Source of the DNA: Octopus vulgaris
Taxonomy: Eukaryota
Direction: 5' to 3'
Assembly: GCA_951406725.2 (NCBI GenBank)
Contig: OX597817.1
Coordinates: forward strand, 60,946,001 to 61,010,000
DNA length: 64,000 nucleotides
Shown here: positions 59,784-64,000 of the stretch, one piece after another
Numbering within the stretch: the first letter of the stretch is position 1
Layout: each line of letters starts with the position of its first letter
Notes under the pieces: generated by a model
Databases searched by the model: none
The model's input: the letters and a program-made list of their open reading frames with translations, nothing else
Told to the model about the DNA's origin: nothing
Position numbers and translations under genes: made by a program

Positions 59784-61134
59784 GTTACAAAATATAAGTA
59801 AATTCCGTTATTTTATGAAACTGGCACCAATGGTTTCATATCACCAACAGTGGTTCCGTCTTCATAATATATTTGAATAATTCACTCATAATTTTGTGAC
59901 GTTTGATCCTCCTTCAATTCATCAATTCAACACGCACACACACACACATTGAGGCATCAGATAACGGGCTTCGGTTGAAGTTTCCAACTATAACTACCAA
60001 ATTCCAATCGTAAAATAATGTCTCACTGAAGGGTATCGCATACATTTGCTCATGAAGTCGTGCGGTGGGACCGAAGCCAGAATTACGCGGTCTACTCTTC
60101 GCAAGTCCCACACATTGGAATTACAGGTGATGTACATGGATTTTCTACACCAGAGGGCTTTCAGACTTCCTCGAGACACGAATTCGCGATGTCAGCAAAG
60201 AACGCCTTGTTTGTTACACTCCAAATACTTCAACTTCCTGTCCCATCAAGTCTCTAACATGTGTGTGTGTGAGTGCGTGTGTGCGCGTGCGTGTATGTAT
60301 AAATATGTGGGATACATGTGTGTTATTACGGATCAAGCCCTAAACCCACAACATCCGATCTCAACTGAACGCATTGTACACTCACTTCTTCGTATTTCAG
60401 CGAATCCTTATTATTCGGAGTCTTACGTTCATGTATGCATTTCTCATTATCTTCCCAATTTGATAATCTGGACTTTATTATTTTTGTTCATTAAATCATA
60501 CCACGCCAACGTTCCAGACGTTTCTCCATTAATACAAAATGATTTGGTAACTTTCCTTATCTGCACTTGAGAAATCTGATTTATTGTTTTCTGCAACATC
60601 GCTCTCATACCGTTCCTAAGCTGCACTGCTACATTGGTTAGGCAAGCTATTATCTGTTAGGTATTGATCTTGTCCAATTTATAGCTATTATGGAAGGAGC
60701 GTCGCCTTGTGGTTAGGGTACTCTGCACTCACGGTCGCAAGATGGTTGTTTTAATTCCCGGATCCGACGATGCGTCGAATTCTTGAGGAAAACATTTGCT
60801 GCAGCCCTCTCAAATGTAAATGAATAACCCTGGAACTGTTTGTGATCTGTTATACGCCATAGACACTGGATAGCTGGGTAGCATGAATGCTACGACTCAA
60901 AACCGTTCTTCCTTTACCTACTGTGTTGTTTTATGCGTCATGACTTGACTTGCAAGCATACACTCCGACAACGCATAGCGTTCGTACAGGGAACAAGCAG
61001 CTGAGACATTCTAGGCCGTTCTTTAATACTGCTTGGCTATATATTCTACAGCATGCGCCTGACTGCAGCTTCTTTTGCTAAACCGTCTTGTCTACGTTGC
61101 TCCGTCTTTCTGGCGAAATCCTTTACTCATAATA

Positions 61135-61360
61135 TTTATTTCTTTATTGCCCACAAGGGGCTAAAGATAGAGGGGACAAACAAGGACAGACAAAGGTATT
61201 AAGTCGATTACATCGATCCCAGTGCGTAACTGGTACTTATTTAATCGACCCCGAAAGGATGAAAAGCAAAGTCAACTTTGGCGGAATTTGAACTCAGAAC
61301 GTAACGGCAGACGAAATACCGCTAAGCATTTCGCCCGGCGTTCTAGCGATTCTGCCATCT
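61135..61360 (-). mobile_element. SINE family B with LINE-derived tail
   Basis: Family B head and body; tail CTGTCCTTGTTTGTCCCCT..CCCCTTGTGGGCAATAAAGAAAT. Confidence 0.88.
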
Positions 61361-61399
61361 CATAATATTACGCCTATTCTGATCATTCTAGGTGTACGA

Positions 61400-61665
61400 A
61401 TGCGTACAAATAAGTACAGTCGCATGGTCTAGAACTCCTAGGACCAGTTACTCAGTTCTATGGCTTATAAGTGACAGATGACATCATTTCCTCTGAGCGA
61501 GAAACCAGTTTGTCTCAGGGTTAGTAATCTACAATTGTTGAGTGGATTGGAGCAACGTGAAGTAAAGTGTTTTGCTAAAGAACACAATTCACAACCCGGT
61601 GCGGGAATCGAAACCACAATCTTGCGATAGTGAGTCCGATATTCTAACTACAAGATGCGCACCTG
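61400..61665 (-). mobile_element. SINE family C
   Basis: Reverse head GTAGTTAGAATATCGGACTCACTATCGCAAGATTGTGGTTTCGATTCCC. Confidence 0.7.
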
Positions 61666-62941
61666 TGTACGAATATGAAACAACTATATCCACTTCTTTC
61701 ATATTCCTGCCAGTCCATCCCCCGTGTCCTTCGCAGTTCTTATCACCCTTTCCTTTTATTTCTTGCTTGACTCGGTGCTTTAGCCACGCTTCCACGCTCC
61801 AAAGTCTTTAATGTTATCTGGATGACACACTCGTCTATTATTGGCAGTGTCCCCCAGATTTAGGGTACAGACAATCCCGTTACATCATCTAATAATGAGC
61901 CATCTCTATTTTAAAATTGTCCGCTACAGGTTTAAAGGTATGTTTTGCAGTAGCCATTTCGTGAAGCATGACTGGAGACAAAAACATTCTCGTAAGAACT
62001 TTCTAGCAGAGTTTTCCATTTTCTCTTTCTTTTATTCAAAGTATTTCAGACTCTTGTTGGGATCTAATGAACCTTGGCAAAAGGCTATGGGGATAAATAA
62101 CATAACTTCCTGCCAAACCTCACTCAGCCTCATTTCGATCTCAGCACTCTTCACTCTTACGTGTATGTGTATTTATACATGAATATCTCGTTATAAACGT
62201 ACAGAAACGGGTACACACACACACACACACACACTCACAGCCAGTCTTTGGCTGTGTCTCACATATACCCAATAGATGAAGAGTTAAATTGTATTATGAT
62301 TAACTTTTTAAACTCTCAAGAGAAATAGAAGCAAATCGGCGGGAAGCGACAATAGAGTAGCGTCGAGTTAATTTGGAAAGCTCCAACAATAGTACAGCTG
62401 ATGGCGATAGGAAGCAGCTGTTCGTTTCCTTCACTGCTACATAATTTACTTCTCATTATACACACCCAATAAGGCCTGACTAATTTGCGTATTCTTTATA
62501 TTATTTTATTTTTTGTGTATATTTATTGTGTGAAGATGAATTAATTAATTAACATGCAAATTAGCTAAACTTGAACACATCTATATATTCATGGATAATG
62601 ACAGAGAGAGAGAGAGAGAGAGAGACGGAGATAGTATTGTTCATATCAAGAGGTTGACGTAACAGATGCAGAGAAGTGAATATATCCCCGAAACATTAAA
62701 TCTGTTTTATAGTGTTACTTTAAAAGACTTGTCGTCCCATAACAGGGATGTTAGGCCGCAAAATAATCTATATAACCTCTTGAGTCTCAAGAACCAGTGT
62801 ATCGAAAGACAGGGAACTGGTAGAATCGTTAGGACAAAATGCTCTGCAGCATTTCGGCTAACTCTATATTCTAAATTCATAGTCCGCTGCGGTCGACTTC
62901 GCCTGTATAATAATATAGTCCGCTGCGGTCGACTTCGCCTG

Positions 62942-62994
<53 letters not shown>

Positions 62995-62998
62995 TAAT

Positions 62999-63740
62999 AT
63001 GCCCAGGACCAGGCATCGAAAAACCAACTCAGTAAAGAAGAATATATACCACACAAGTGCATCGGACCTCTGCAGAATATGTGGGAAGAGGGTCGAAAGC
63101 GTAACTCACATTGCTTGTGAAAGTCTTACGTAGAAAGAGTACAAACATAGACACGACGAGGTAGTCCAAAACCTCCACTGGCTACTATACCGTAAGTATG
63201 GCTATGCGGTTACGGGTGGTTGGTACCAACATACACCGGAAAAGGTAATGGACGAAAAGAGGACGGCAAGAACCCTCTGGGACTTTGATTTCCAGACAGA
63301 CAAGGTGTTAGAGCACCGAAGGCCGGATATAGTAATCTTTATGAGTGACAAACAAGAGTGCCTAATAATCGACGTGGCAGTGCCAGGATATCAATATACC
63401 ATTATGAAAGAAAGAGAAAAGGTTGATAAATATGGAGACCTGAGGAGTGAGATCGCTAAGATGTGGCAGCTACGCGAGTCGAACATAAAGGTTATCCCTA
63501 TTGTCATCGGAGCATTGGGTTCAATACCACACAATCTGAAAAAAACATCTGAAAACCTTAGAAATACCCTATAATCTAAGTGTATAGCAAACGTCCGTAT
63601 TACTTGGAACTGGACGCATATTGCGTAAAGTATTGTCTGTCTGAGGTCCTTGTTGTGACTTGACAAACAGTACAAGCCACCGGTAGACGCAATATCTTCA
63701 ATCAGCAACCTCACGATATTGTATACTGTGTGACGTCTAT
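62999..63740 (+). mobile_element. 5'-truncated R4/Dong-clade retrotransposon (CCHC knuckle + restriction-like endonuclease) inserted in (AAT)n
   Basis: AQDQA, CRICGKRVESVTHIAC, RHD, LWDF..RRPDIV..LIIDVAVP..KVDKY..VIPIVIGALG; in-frame stop and frameshifts. (AAT)n on both flanks, the known Dong-type target. Confidence 0.92.
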
Positions 63741-63794
63741 AATAATAATAACAACAACAATAATAATAATGATAAATATTCAGACAAATACAAA

Positions 63795-64000
63795 AAATCT
63801 ATACGGATGTGGTCTTTTTTGCTACATTCTTAACACGTTGGCTTTTTGCCCTCAGCTTGTATTCTGAGGGCGATATCCTCACCAAAGAGCACCCTCTCTG
63901 AAAGCATTTCGATATCTTCCTGAGTTCCCTGAATAATGGCAGAAATGCTCTGCCCGAGCCAGTTTTGTGGGGCAGAGCGTGTGATCTGAAGGAAGACGAT
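63795..64000 (-). mobile_element. Gag-like ORF1 remnant of a LINE (Tx1-like), running off the window edge
   Basis: Minus strand ..IQAEGKKPTC*ECSKKDHIRIDF is a decayed CX2CX4HX4C zinc knuckle. Confidence 0.6.

Overview
AT-rich, microsatellite-dense animal genomic DNA. The repeat landscape resembles Octopus/coleoid cephalopod, but that is inference from pattern recognition, not a search. One host gene is visible: the 3' half of an RBM24/RBM38 (SEB-4/SUP-12 family) RNA-binding protein gene on the + strand. It has a 52-nt exon (10736-10787), a 38,935-nt phase-2 intron and a terminal coding exon (49723-50023). The RRM-coding exons were not found and presumably lie upstream. Nearly all ORFs in the supplied track are microsatellite artefacts. 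The rest is transposon debris: three families of tRNA-like-head SINEs, MITEs, and remnants of Penelope-like (PLE), R4/Dong, Tx1-like, CR1-like and hAT/Buster elements. The most notable pattern is a set of unrelated-looking PLE/retrozyme-type inserts in the introns carrying minimal type I hammerhead ribozyme motifs. Several are built as inverted repeats that would fold into long dsRNA hairpins in the pre-mRNA. Boundaries of degraded repeats are approximate, read by eye.
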